A stretch of 64,000 nt of DNA, taken from NCBI RefSeq assembly GCF_030684315.1, contig NC_081369.1:9214035-9278034 (forward strand), in the 5' to 3' direction. This document shows, in pieces, positions 35,158-47,360 of this stretch. This stretch comes from Stegostoma tigrinum. Its lineage: Eukaryota. The stretch's first letter is position 1, and each line of letters begins with the position of its first letter. The notes below the pieces were generated by a model that did not search any database, was not told the DNA's origin, and saw only the letters and a list, made by a program, of their open reading frames with translations. Made by a program: the position numbers and the translations under genes.

Positions 35158-37961
35158 GAGAGTAATCAACCCCAGCGACTTTGAAAATACGGCAGTTAGA
35201 TGGACAGGAAGTTTGAAATGGCAGCTCTTCTGCTAATGATAATGCAAATGATTATTAATTTCTCCCCTATTACGGTAGGCTGAGAGAACACCCAGTGTGC
35301 AGCGGGCTAATGTATATGGAAAGGTGGAACAGCTTGGGTGCAGCATTCCCCAACATTACTCAGTGGCCGCAGGAAGTTGGCGCTCTTGTTGCTAAAATTT
35401 CAAATCGAAAAACTAGATGTTCAGCAATTGTCAGTGCAAAGCAAGAGGGGAAGTTGGCTACCACATGCTTCTGCTTAAGCTGCTATTTCGAAATCTTATA
35501 CCGCTGGTAGTCAAATGCATTTTTCAAAATGTACAACTCACAGCCTTCTCTGACTCACAATTCGAATTGTGATCTTAAATTAAGTGACCCATTATCGCCC
35601 ACCATCCACCCAGTGAAATCGCCAACTTATTCCAGACCATCCTTTACATGAGAATGAAACCCGCGACTTTCGAATACAATTCAAACATTTCATTGCTAAC
35701 CCCTTGTTGGGGATGTCCGAAATGAAAGTCACACACTTACCAATACCACAGCTAGATGTCTGCGGATCAGAATTATTTGAAACCCTATGCGTTCAACATT
35801 CCATCAGTTTTGCAAGAAAAGTTGAAAAGATTTCTGCAGGTTGGCGGCTTCGATAAATCCACTCACGTTGAATTATGCAATCCTGCATCCGAACCATTCT
35901 GCAAGAGGGAGGGAAGGAAACATACATACGAAGTTCGTGAGATCGTGAAAAATTCGGTTTCTTGCCAAGGAAACATTTAACAGAGTTAGAAAAACAGAAG
36001 CGAGAATAAGCGGTATTGTTAAAACCCAAACAAATAACCTGGGCGCGGCGGGTGAAGACTATTTGATTTTATTTTTTTCTCTCGTTGTGACCATAGAAAC
36101 AAATGGAGATTTTCTTTTTTCTCTTGTTGGGTATCTGGAGCGAAATGTTTTTTTTAATTTCTCAACGTGTCACTCCAGCTAGCCAGCTATATTATTCTCA
36201 GGAATTCATAGGAAACATACACAGGAACATGAAGGAGTTTCAAAGTAATTATGGCCAGATTATGGCAATCAGACAATCTTGGTTATTGCTCACTTCTTGA
36301 CCATCAAGCATCGACTATATGAACTGTACCTGTCGCTCTGCTGTCTTGATTTCATTTTTTAACCTGGATTTGCATCTTGGCGCAGGATCCAACATGGTTC
36401 GTGTAACACCAAGTGTAACGATTCAATTACTCTTTGTATGGCCAAAATACAATAACGAACCTCTGTGCTCACTTTGCATCTGTCCCAAGTAGCATTGTAA
36501 TTGAGATTATCCATTTAACGCAACTGCAAAAATTCAGAAAATCTTCCTGTCACTCTTAACTGTTATTGTGAAATATTGAAGAAACCGTACTCCATTGACT
36601 GCCCAAAGCTGTGTGTTAAAGTAGTCATTTGACCAAACACAGAGATTATACGTGAGAGAATTGCCTCTTTAACTAAAGGTATAAACACTATTTGAAGCCT
36701 TGCTGAAGCCGTCATTTTGGGAGTGACAATTATGGGTGAGTCGTCCTGTGTGAGAAGGGTTTGCAAGTCTTTAGTTCTTAAGAAGGCATCACTGGACTCG
36801 AAACATCAAATGGTGCCAAACCAGTTGAGTTTCGCCAACAATGTCTTCTTTTGCTTCAGATCTTTGGCATTCACAGTTCTTTGTTTTGTTTATTTAAAGT
36901 TTTCTTCACCACATGCGAGCGTTTCTGCATGTGTTGTCAGTGAAACACCAATTGGATGGGCTTCAAATCTCGGTTGTTTTTTTTAGAAAAGAAATCTTCA
37001 GGGTCGTAGCACATAGCATTCCAATCAGAATATTTAGTACCTAAATGACAAAAATGTTTAACCATACAGCTTCCAGTCAAATATGCAGTCATTCCAAATT
37101 TGCAGCAATTCAGAATGTTCAACTCTAACCACATTTTTCACAGCATTTCAAAGCTTGAATGAATTGAACAGTTCAAATGACCAGGCAATGATTAGGGAAG
37201 AAAGATCAAGAACTGATTTTGAGAACTTGTAGTTTTAATCATCACGATCAAGCTGGCTATTTCATTTGTGATACACACCTTTTGGTGTGTATTTTTTATA
37301 TAAGCTGACAACTAGTTTTTCTTTTCACTCCCATAATACGTTTTGATGCTGGTGTCTCTTAAAATACTGTCAGTACAATGTCTGGAAGCTAACCATATCA
37401 AATTCACCCATCATTAAATTGCAGGATCTGATCAGATTATCCAGGCTTCAGTATTTCCATTTTATTGGCAGGGTTGGAATGTATATAATTAATAGTATCA
37501 GTAATCAGCCCAATAATTCATCTCTTGTCCATGGTTCCAAGCTATTGTTTCATCGAAGAATGTTTTGCATTGCTGAGAGTGTAGCTTGCAAAGCCTAGAA
37601 TTTGCATAGATGCAATGGGGAAATAGACTGTTCAGCTCCCCTAGATATTGTTAAATGTAAGGACGTAAAAAGCAGAAACTGCTGCATAGCATTTAATGCT
37701 ACAATTCTTTTCAATATCCATTCATTCCTTTGGTCCCACTGAGATTATTGATCTCAATCTTGACTAAATTCAACAAATGGACATCCACGACCCCTAGGAT
37801 TCGAAACTGTCTGGCCTTTGATCAGAGATCACAGCCATGGGGAATACTTTCCAATCTAACCATTCCCTCAAAATATTTTGCATGTTTCAATTAGATCAAC
37901 TCTAAATCTTGCCAATTCTGGGCAGTAAAGGAGCAATTTGCACAAACTTTTCAAAGGACAG

Positions 37962-38134
37962 AGATAGTAGAAACTGCCAGTTCTGGAGAATCTGAGATAA
38001 CACGGTGTGAAGCTGGATGAACACAGCAGGCCAAGCAGCTTCAGAGGAGTCGGAAATTTTGACATTTCGGGTCTCGACGCTCCTCTGATGCTGCTTGACC
38101 TGCTGTGTTCATCCAGCCTCACGCCATGTTAGCT
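37962..38134. mobile_element. Penelope-tail hairpin insertion with 15-bp TSD, inside an old antisense CR1 fragment
   Basis: Inverted arms; CTTTTCAAAGGACAG at 37947-37961 and 38135-38149. Confidence 0.8.
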
Positions 38135-39360
38135 CTTTTCAAAGGACAGTTGCCTTCTCTTGTGAGCCCTAGAGTCTTTCTTTGAGTAAGATGGCCAAAG
38201 CTGTATGCAGTACCTCAGGTCCGAGCTGATCAGTGCCCTTTGTAGCTGTGGGAAGGCATTTTTATTTCAGACTTAATTAAATAATTGAATTTAAATCCAT
38301 ACTTTTGTATAATCTGTCCTAACTTAGTTGTCTGCTTTGGCTATTACACGAGCTGCCTGCTTGAAGTACGAATCTCAGAAGATGAGAACAGAGAGGCACA
38401 ACAAATAATTGACATAATAATTTGTAATAAGTGGCAATTAAAAAAAAATAAAACAGCACAGGCTACGGGTAACTGAGAAATGCTGTCTTCCTATCCATTC
38501 AAATTCTTTCAAGTCACAAAAATGCACTATGTAATTGAAATCAGTGGATGGTGCTCCTTTATGAGATTTAGTGTGTAAATATCGTTGCCATACACTAATC
38601 ACATAGCATAAGCAAACAGGAACAATCAGCTTTAATGTTTGATTGCACTTACTATTACAGGATTAAGATTTAATAATTTAGCAAGCAAAAGGTAAAATAA
38701 ATTCCCAGTTACAATAGCCATGTGTTTTCTTACCTTTCCCATGATCTTCTAAAGCTATTTGGCAAGTCCATATCAGTAGTTATAGAACATAGAATAATAC
38801 AGCGCAGAATGTCCTTAAATTTTAAATTAATTTAGACAGAATCTGTCATCAGAGATTTAAGACACAGAAGCTCTGAAACATAATGTGGTCCCTCAAGGAA
38901 TTGTAAAGGATTCCTTGATCTTTTTATAAACAAGAGCAGAGGAAGTCTCGCAGTGTCCTGGCCACCACATTTCTCTCAACTCATCTTGTTGAGGCAAATG
39001 AACGTACTTTTATCCAGGTGAATGCTCTGGAAAAGAACATTTTCTTTATTTGAGCATTGAATACATCCAATTCAAATATGATGCGGATAATATCAAAAGC
39101 GTAACTGTCTTACCTCCATCTTTAGAAAAGTGCCATCATCAAAGCATTAACTCACCAGTTTTTTTCACTGCTGTTCATGTGGAATGTGTAAATTTTAAAA
39201 CAAATCAATTGCTATGCTAATTGTTTTGGTGCACAGCATACAGGAGCTAGAATCAAATGTTCAAACCCACAACTCGGCTACTTAAAGAGGAAGTTCACGG
39301 ATTTGAAGTTGTAGCCTGGTCCATATTGGAATATTGAATATCTGATGTGTTTTTGTACAG

Positions 39361-39438
39361 GCAGTTTATACTGCTTATACTTCACAACATCATCTGTATA
39401 GTGCCATCAGTACAAACTGGGATATTGAAGTTCATTAA
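39361..39438 (+). other. Candidate terminal cytoplasmic exon with ITAM-like tyrosine pair (AVYTAYTSQHHLYSAISTNWDIEVH*)
   Basis: Strong acceptor TGTGTTTTTGTACAG|. Phase-0 reading has Y-x9-YSAI spacing. Lies downstream of pseudogene 2. Confidence 0.3.
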
Positions 39439-40659
39439 GCACCTGTCGATCTAAAGCATGATCATTTTCCTTCTAAAATTAAATTTCTTTTTTTTTGTGT
39501 GCCTCTTGCAGATTGTAGTCCCAATGCATCCATTCTTTGCCGGACGTACTTCTGTGTAGCAACATCTTTCTTATTACTGATTAGTCTTGCACATTTACAG
39601 TAGTTGTAAATGCTGAAAATATAAAGGTAAGACAGGCGTATAGTTACATTAATAGTTGGATTTCTAGACCTAATATTAATGAGTAATGTAAATACACAAA
39701 TGATATCAAGTAGAAAAGTCACTTGAAACTAAAATTAATCTGCAGTAACTCATTTTTGGAAACAAATGCATTCCTTAACCTTGTAGTTCACATTCAATTC
39801 AACTTATTTTTGAGTTCATCAGAGTATAACATTACTGTTGTAAACATCAAGAACATCCAGATTAGATGAGCGCATTTACAGGCAGAGAAAAGTTCCTCCC
39901 ACAGTCTGCACTGATATCATACAACTCAAAGGGTCAGAATTCCAGGTGCCGATGCAGGCAAGATTAGTCGTGGGAAACGCAGATGACTTGTCAGTTTTAG
40001 AGTTCCACTAGATTACATTGCTATTTCTCAAGTAAATGTAGTGCTAAAGTAAGTGGAAAAATGTAAACCTTCAATAAACAATAAGAACACTAGAACTAGG
40101 GGCAGTCATAGGCCATCTGGTTTGTATGGCCTGCTTTGCCACTCAATAGAATTATGACATATCTTGATTTTTTACTTTATCTTTCTGGTAGTTCACCTAA
40201 TAGCTTGATTCCATGAAACACCAAAAATCTAGCTTTAAACATTTTTGAAGATGCCACACCCACAACCCTCTGGGAAGAAAATTCCCAATATTCAAAACCC
40301 ATACTGAGGAATCACTATGGGAAACAGCCCGTTTAAAATTTATGCAAACGGAGAGCTAGGCACAGAACTCTTCCATCACCTACAAATGCATTCATCTTAA
40401 AGTAGCCATGTACAGGGATAGTAATAATGAGTTGTATCCTAACGTTAGGCTGGGCAGCTTTTGCTACCTACATGCAATTCAGGCCTATGATAAGATGGTA
40501 ACATAGTATAGAGAACATTGCAGGCAGCATCACGACAAATTAGTTTGCTATCATACGAGAGAGTAATACTTTCATGGAGAGATTCCGCAGAATGCTTGTG
40601 GTACAGAAGGTTCTGAGTTTTTGTATGTACGAATCAAAAATAATTAACACACGGATACA

Positions 40660-42150
40660 AAGATAATTAGAATGTTCTCCCTTATTGTGAGAAGTGTGGA
40701 GTGTAAAAGTAGAGGCATGTTCTGTAGTTGTGCAAGCCATTGGTGAGACACATCGAGTACCCCGTACAATTTAGTCTCATAACTTAATTAGATGATATTT
40801 GCAGTGGTGGAAGTAGAGAGAACATTTATTAGCTTTAATCCTGATATGTACGGGCTGCCTTGAGATTGAACATTGAGCAAGTTGGATTTGTAGTCATTGG
40901 ATTTTAAAAAAATGAAATCTGATGTTATTAAATTATGTAAGATTCTGGGGTAGTTTACAGAATAGTTGCTGAAAGGATATCACCACAGCAGAGAATCAAC
41001 AAAAAAGGACAGAGTTTTAAAAGAAATGGGTGTTCCATTTAAGATTGGCATGTGGAAGATTTGTTTTCTTGTCAGAAGGTAAGTTAATGTTTGGAATCTT
41101 TTACTTAGGAAGCTGTGGGGGTCAAATAATTGATTAGACAGATTTTTGATGTACAAGCCAGTATGAGGTTAATGTCCATTGTGAGTTGGGTGTGGGGCAT
41201 AGTGATTGTAATCAAGCATTGAAGTCATAGACTCAATCAGATTAACCTTGATTTTATTGAATAGTACTGCAGGCTTGAAAAACCAAACGGCTTACTCCTT
41301 CTCCTATTTCATTTGTTTTTATGAGGGAACGGGTATTTCTATTCCCACAATTTGCCTGCAGGCTCAAGACATGCCTACAGTTCCATTCTAAAAAAAAATT
41401 TCAAACCTTTTATTAATCCCTTTGCCCTAAGCTTTGCCAAAGGTTTCTAAATGCCTGAAATGGCTTTCCGAACTTTCAAACTTTCCGAATATTTGGCATC
41501 AATTGTGACTTTGCACTTAATTCTTCCTTTCAATCTGAGTGCATAAATGTTCTCCTTCCACTATTACTTGTCTTTTCCATCTGCTTGACTCTAAACATTC
41601 CTGTGAATAGTTATGCAGATAAGTTCACATCAGAACTTTCAATGCAAAAGAACGCTTCTTAACACTTCTTAGAACTCATGTTGCCAAGTTTGGAGTTTTT
41701 GAGCTATTGGGACAGGCTGAATGGCCTGAGGCTATTTTGCCTGGAGCATTGGAGGTTGAGAGTTGACTTTATAGAAGATTATAAAATCATGAGGGGCATG
41801 GATAGAGTAAATAGATAAAGTCTTAACTGCGGAGTGGGGGGAGTCCAAAACTAGAGGCAATCTGTTTAAGATGAGACGGGAAAGATTTAAAAGGGATGTA
41901 AGGGACATCATTTCATGCAGATCATGTGGCTTGTATGGAATGAACTGTCAGAGGATATGGTAGAGATTGGTCCAATTACAACATTTAAAAGGCATCTGGA
42001 TGAATACATGAACAGGAGGGTTGAGAGAAATATGTGCCAAATGATGGTAAATGGGACTAGATTAATTTAGAATATCTGGTTGGCGTGCAAGTGTTGGACT
42101 GAAAGGCCTGTTTCCGTGCTGTTTATTTCTATAACTCCACGACTCTATAA
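40660..42150 (+). mobile_element. Two degenerate CR1-type LINE 3' fragments (~40660-41320 and ~41690-42150)
   Basis: Colinear similarity to the 3' ends of the CR1 copies at 52220-52850 and 28600-29210. Confidence 0.6.
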
Positions 42151-43609
42151 CTAGGTTTTCTTTTATGCTTCTTGCAATAAACCAAGTCTAGCCTCTTGTT
42201 TGATTGTGCAATTCATAGGCCTTCATGCACTGAATTATCTTGTCACCATTGGTCACTGAGTCTCCCAGAAGTCAGCCCGAAATGTTGCTTTCAAGAAGGT
42301 CATTTCCACTTTAAGACTGAATGTATATGTTGCTTTCAGCAGTTCCTTGTTTTAAATATTATCTTGGATTCATATCAATATAGGCTCCTCTACGTCTAAT
42401 TATACAGTTCTCTCTTTTTCTACTTCATGTGTGAGATGTGGGCCTCACTGGATGGCCTATATTATCACCAGTCGCCAGCTGCCCCTGAACTGAATGGTTC
42501 ACTAAGTATTTTGAACGGAAGTTGAGACTCAACAACATTACCTAAGATTGTTTGTATTTAAACCTGATTTATTTCAACTTTAGTTCATTTTCAGTTAAAA
42601 TCTGTGAACTAAAATATCCAATGCTCCATTTATCTTTGGCTCGTAGCTGAAGCATCTCAAATTGATTATAATTAATGCAGTTTGATTTTCACTTTTGCAT
42701 GTAATTTTTCTCCTGCATCTATTGTAACTTTCATAACTAATGAGTTATGGAAGTTACTGCATGATACAAGTATGATGTGTTCTCAATTATGTCACTATAT
42801 CATAGATATATGTTAATGTTTTATATACACACATCTTTTATTTACATATTTGTTTATTTTATTGTATATCGGCAGTGTACTGTTAAAATGTCTTAAACTA
42901 AGGACATATTTGGAGAAGGTGTACGTTTTTATGAGTTTTCTCCCTCTTGCATCTGTAGCTTTTAGGGCAATTTATTTAAAAACACGTTGATAAACCTTTC
43001 TCCCCCCCCGAATCTCTGTGGTTCATTTGTCCTTTGACTTCAGTATAGTAGAAGATTGTCAAGGCTAGGTCATTAAGTGCATTCAAGGCTGTGATAAATA
43101 CATTTTTAATCAGGAAGTGAATTAAAGGTTTGGGTGATGACATTAGCTGGCAAGCTTACAATTAACTTGCAGACTCAGGGAATCAATGGGTGGATGGTGA
43201 TCAAAAGGCCCCTGGTTTTCAATTCACTCATCAGGCTCAAACACACCTGCATTGGGAATAGATAATGCAGCTCCCAGCTGGTGTAGTATAAGTTAGGATT
43301 TGAAATGTGTTTGTAGCCAAGTTTTCCAAACAATCAAACAAATTATATCAACCTGCTCACTAAGTTCTGTTTAATATCTCCCATCGCTGGAGCCAATGAA
43401 TGGATAGCCAAGCTAGACAACACAATATAAGCTTCTCCCATAACATAATAGTAATAGATTTATGGAGAACTGTAAGAGCATTAATCAGTGTATCCTTGAT
43501 TTATGTTTGTTGAAATCCAAATGCTTTCAGTATACTTTAACAGCAAATAAGAAGGTTTTATATAACTGTTTCTTTTATACAAACGGTAGCATTTTATATT
43601 TTAATGGGA

Positions 43610-44370
43610 TGGGAAATCAATAATAAGGCCAACATTTGCAGACCAGACCTTTTTGCTCTTGACAAACTTGTAGCATGCCGCATTTCTGTACTTCTGCAGA
43701 CTATTTGATGTAGATAGGCACACTACTGTTTTTAGGAAATGAGTTCCAGGATCTCGCCTACCAACAGTGAAGGAATGATGATATAGTTCAAAAGCAGGAT
43801 GGTGTGAAAAGGAACTTCCAGGCAGTGTTCTCCAGGGTATGATACCCAGTCCTTGTTGACCTTAAAAGCTACAAGTTTTTAGTTAGTGAATGTATCTTTC
43901 ATATAGTACACAATACTGCCAGTGCTGTTTTCTGTGGTGCACATATTATCAATGTCAGGAGGATTGAATATTCGATTTGGTAGAAGACAGGGTTTATTGG
44001 CCTGAATGATGACAAACCTCATGAGTGGGAATACTGCAACATACAGCCAGACAAGTGGAGAATATTCCATTACACTTCTGAATTGTGCCATGCAGACTGT
44101 GGATGTGCTTTGGGAAATCAGGACGTGAGTTACTTGCTACAGTCTTCCGGGCTTCTGACTTTCTCTTCCAGCTACGATAATTAAATGGCTGGTGCAGTTA
44201 AGTTTCTGGTCAATGCTAACCCCCAGGTTTTTGATGGTAGGATATTAGCTGATGCTAATGCCATTGCAGTTCAAAGTGAAATGCTTTGATGCTCTCTTAT
44301 TGGAGATGGCCATTGCCTGGCATTTGTGTAATAAAAACTGTTATTGCCATTTAGAAGTCCAAGTCTGAAT
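43610..44370 (-). mobile_element. Degenerate non-LTR (CR1/L2 group) RT C-terminal fragment
   Basis: ORF 43879..44091 AQFRSVMEYSPLVW (decayed YKAQVRSVMEYSPLAW). Confidence 0.55.
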
Positions 44371-44477
44371 GTTAGATCTGATAAGATGCTAATGTTACAC
44401 ATTTTAACAAATTAAACATAGTGATACTTGGTTTATAGATTAATGTATGAATTCATAATGCAGTTATGCAAACCAAG

Positions 44478-44705
44478 CCGTGTAGAAACTCAGCAGCTCT
44501 GGCAGCTTCTGTGGACAGAGAAACAGAGTTAGTGTTTCAAGTCTGGTATGACTCTTTGGAAGTTCTGAAGGAGAGTCATGTTTGAGTCAAACCATCAACT
44601 TCACTTTTTTCACCACAGATGTTTCCAAACCTTCTGAGTTTCTTCAAGAACTTTTGTTCCCATTCCAAATTCAGCCAGATCCACAGTGTTTTGCTTTTGA
44701 TTCAA
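44478..44705. mobile_element. Penelope-tail/short repeat hairpin
   Basis: AGAAACTCAGCAG...arm inverted against ...CTGAGTTTCT; same family as 54035-54277. Confidence 0.55.
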
Positions 44706-45366
44706 GCTATGCATTGACTGGATTTTCTGTTTTATAATATTCCACTTAAAAATATTATGTTTATAGTATCTCCACTGCAACATTATTTTAATTTGATATT
44801 CTGTATCAATTATCTTTCATGGGGAAGGTTGATTCCCTTATAATTTTTTGACTAATTTACTTTTCCATGTTATATCACAGTTAATTAGAAAGAGACTTGG
44901 GTACACAATCCACAATGAAATGCCAATGTGAGCAATTGGTTCAATGCTCAAAATGCCAAAATTCTGTAGTGCATTATAAAGAAAGTCCATCTACTCTGTA
45001 AGATGTACTTAAAAGACCCCAGAACAAAATTTTAAGAAGAGCAGAGATGCTATTCTTAGCGCTCCAATTGATATCTATCAATAGAAATGATGAAAATAGA
45101 TAAATCACCATCATCTTATTTCTGGTTCAAAAGCAATTCTGTCGGCAAGTTGACTGTTTGTACGCTTACAATGTTGACTGTGTTTCCAAAATTATTTCAT
45201 AGGATGTGGAGTACTTTCGGATAAACGCATCCATTCATTATTTTGACAATGCTAGCACTGCATCTTGATCAACACAGTCAAATACCATTCCAGGTTTTAA
45301 AACTGTTGGCATGTTAAATGTGTTCCCTGGATACTCTGTTCATATTAATTTTTGTTTTCCTTCCAG

Positions 45367-45680
45367 CTCCCAAATATGATATTCCAAAGACGCAATGCAT
45401 TTGAAGATCTGCAGCAATAACAGTGAATCTGAAATGCAAAGTGAAAGGTTGAAATCAAAGCAGTACTCTAGTGCGAGCCGTGAGCTCAGACAAAACATCA
45501 AATGTTAACCAACCTGCATCAAAATGTAAGAATCAGTGTAAGAATAGGAGGGAACTTGTGCATCCCAGATGGTTGAAGAAGAAATCTGAAGTGTATTCCA
45601 TAACAGCCATAGGTTCTCTTTGCAGAACACCTACATTGTTTTGAGCAGCATAGTTCATAAGTGTGTTCATAAAATAATTC
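45367..45680 (+). pseudogene. Possible decayed Ig C-domain exon
   Basis: Strong acceptor TTTTCCTTCCAG|. Phase-1 reading (A)PKYDIP...TVNLKCKVKG* with stops; later fragments WLKKKSEVYSIT and NTY. Weak. Confidence 0.2.
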
Positions 45681-46439
45681 CAGGGAGCAGCAATATCATA
45701 AAATCACTGTATTTCATCATATTTGCTTACTCATACAAAACATTATTTTTGTGAATGAAAATCTCTGAATTGACAATACTCTTACCTCTGATCAGTTTTG
45801 GTAGTTAGGCCAATGTTTTCAATTGGATTTTCACATTTTCCTGTAATCATTGTGGGTTTATTAATTGTTAAAGGAAGCCCATACATAGGAAAGTACCATG
45901 AGCACAAATCAAATTTATTTCCTGTTGGGTAATTGGGAAATTGTATGATAATTTAAAATGGCTGATAGGGAATTGACAGCCGATTATCCATGTCTGAATT
46001 TGTATTTACCAAGGCTATGTAGAATATGCACAGCAAGAGCTCCTTCAATTATTGATACAGGAATAGAAAGTCACTGAAATGTACATTTTTCCTTTAGAGA
46101 ATGTGAATTGGGAGTTAAAAAAATGGATAAATGGTGGTCCAATTCAACAAATATTTTGCTTCTAATTTCGTTATTGAGAATATACAACCATTGCAGAAAT
46201 AGCTGCTAATTAGAAGGCCGTGAGGAAAAGAGGAAATTTGTGAAATTATAATCATGACAGAAGCTGTGCTGAGAAAGCTATTGGATTTATAGGTTGAACT
46301 TCATCCTGTGGTCATAAAAGAGGCACCTAATGATGAAGTTGATTAAAGTACTCAAGATTCTGGGAAGATTCCATCAGACTGGAAAGTCAAAAATGAATTG
46401 TCAACAGATTTTCATACTTTAAATGTGTGGGCAAAAATC

Positions 46440-46682
46440 TGACATAGATCATAGAATTCCTACTGTGTAGAAATAGTTCCTTCTGACCAACAATTCCACA
46501 CCACCCCTCAGAGCATCGGATCCAGACCCACCCCACTTAATCTATACATCCCTGAAAACTACGGGCAGTTTAGCACGGCCAATCCACCTACCCTGCACAT
46601 CTTTGGACTGTGGGAGAAAACCGAGGAAACCCATGCAGACTAGGGGAGAATATACAAACTCCATACAGATAGTTGCCCAAGA
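46440..46682 (-). mobile_element. V-SINE (HE1-like), truncated
   Basis: Near-identical organisation to 31135-31450 (GCACATCTTTGGACTGTGGGAG...CAAACTCC). Confidence 0.8.
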
Positions 46683-46699
46683 ACTTCTACTCCCTGATC

Positions 46700-47360
46700 A
46701 GGAAAATGTGAAGTTGTTCATTTTGGGACAATAAAAATGTGTATTATAAATACAGAAATAATGGAGAAATCTACAGCGGGGAGGGGTCCAGGTGCTCTGA
46801 TTCACAAATCAAAAATGGTAATGCAAAGATACAGCAAGTATTCAAGACCAATGGAATGGCATCCTTCACTATGAGAAAAAAAGTTAACATTAAAGTAAGC
46901 ATGTTATGCATCGGTTACTTAGGGCATTTATAAGACCACATTTCAAATGCAATGTGTAATTTTTGTCTCTTTATTTAAGGGTGCAAGCATGTAAGTACAT
47001 TGGAGATGGTTCTGAGGAGATTTAACATATTGACAACTTTCAACGCCGATTGTCCTTTGGGGATATATCGGACAGGCTGGGCTTGTTTCCTCCAGGGTTT
47101 AAAAGAGCGAATGTCACTTTATTAAAGCTAATTCGTTTTTTCCTGGGATGGGGTTGTGTAACTCTGGTAATCTCTGTCTTAGAAATTAGTCACCAGTGTC
47201 ATTGCATATATTTTTAAGTGGAGTTAGGTAGATTCTTGTCAGACAAAGAAATCAAATGCAATCGAGAGGAGATAGGAATATGGAATTTAAAGCAAGCAAA
47301 CCAGCCATTAACTTATTGAGAGGTGAAACACATTTGAGGAACTGATTGGGCTTCTGCTAC
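46700..47360 (+). mobile_element. Old degenerate CR1-type LINE
   Basis: Colinear with the CR1 RT C-terminal region (CEVVHFG, LxRALIRPH, RRF). Confidence 0.5.

Noticed and set aside
36500-36620. NLPVTLNC as the C1 exon of pseudogene 2
   Set aside because: No acceptor in frame and no FYP/W/YxC motifs following.
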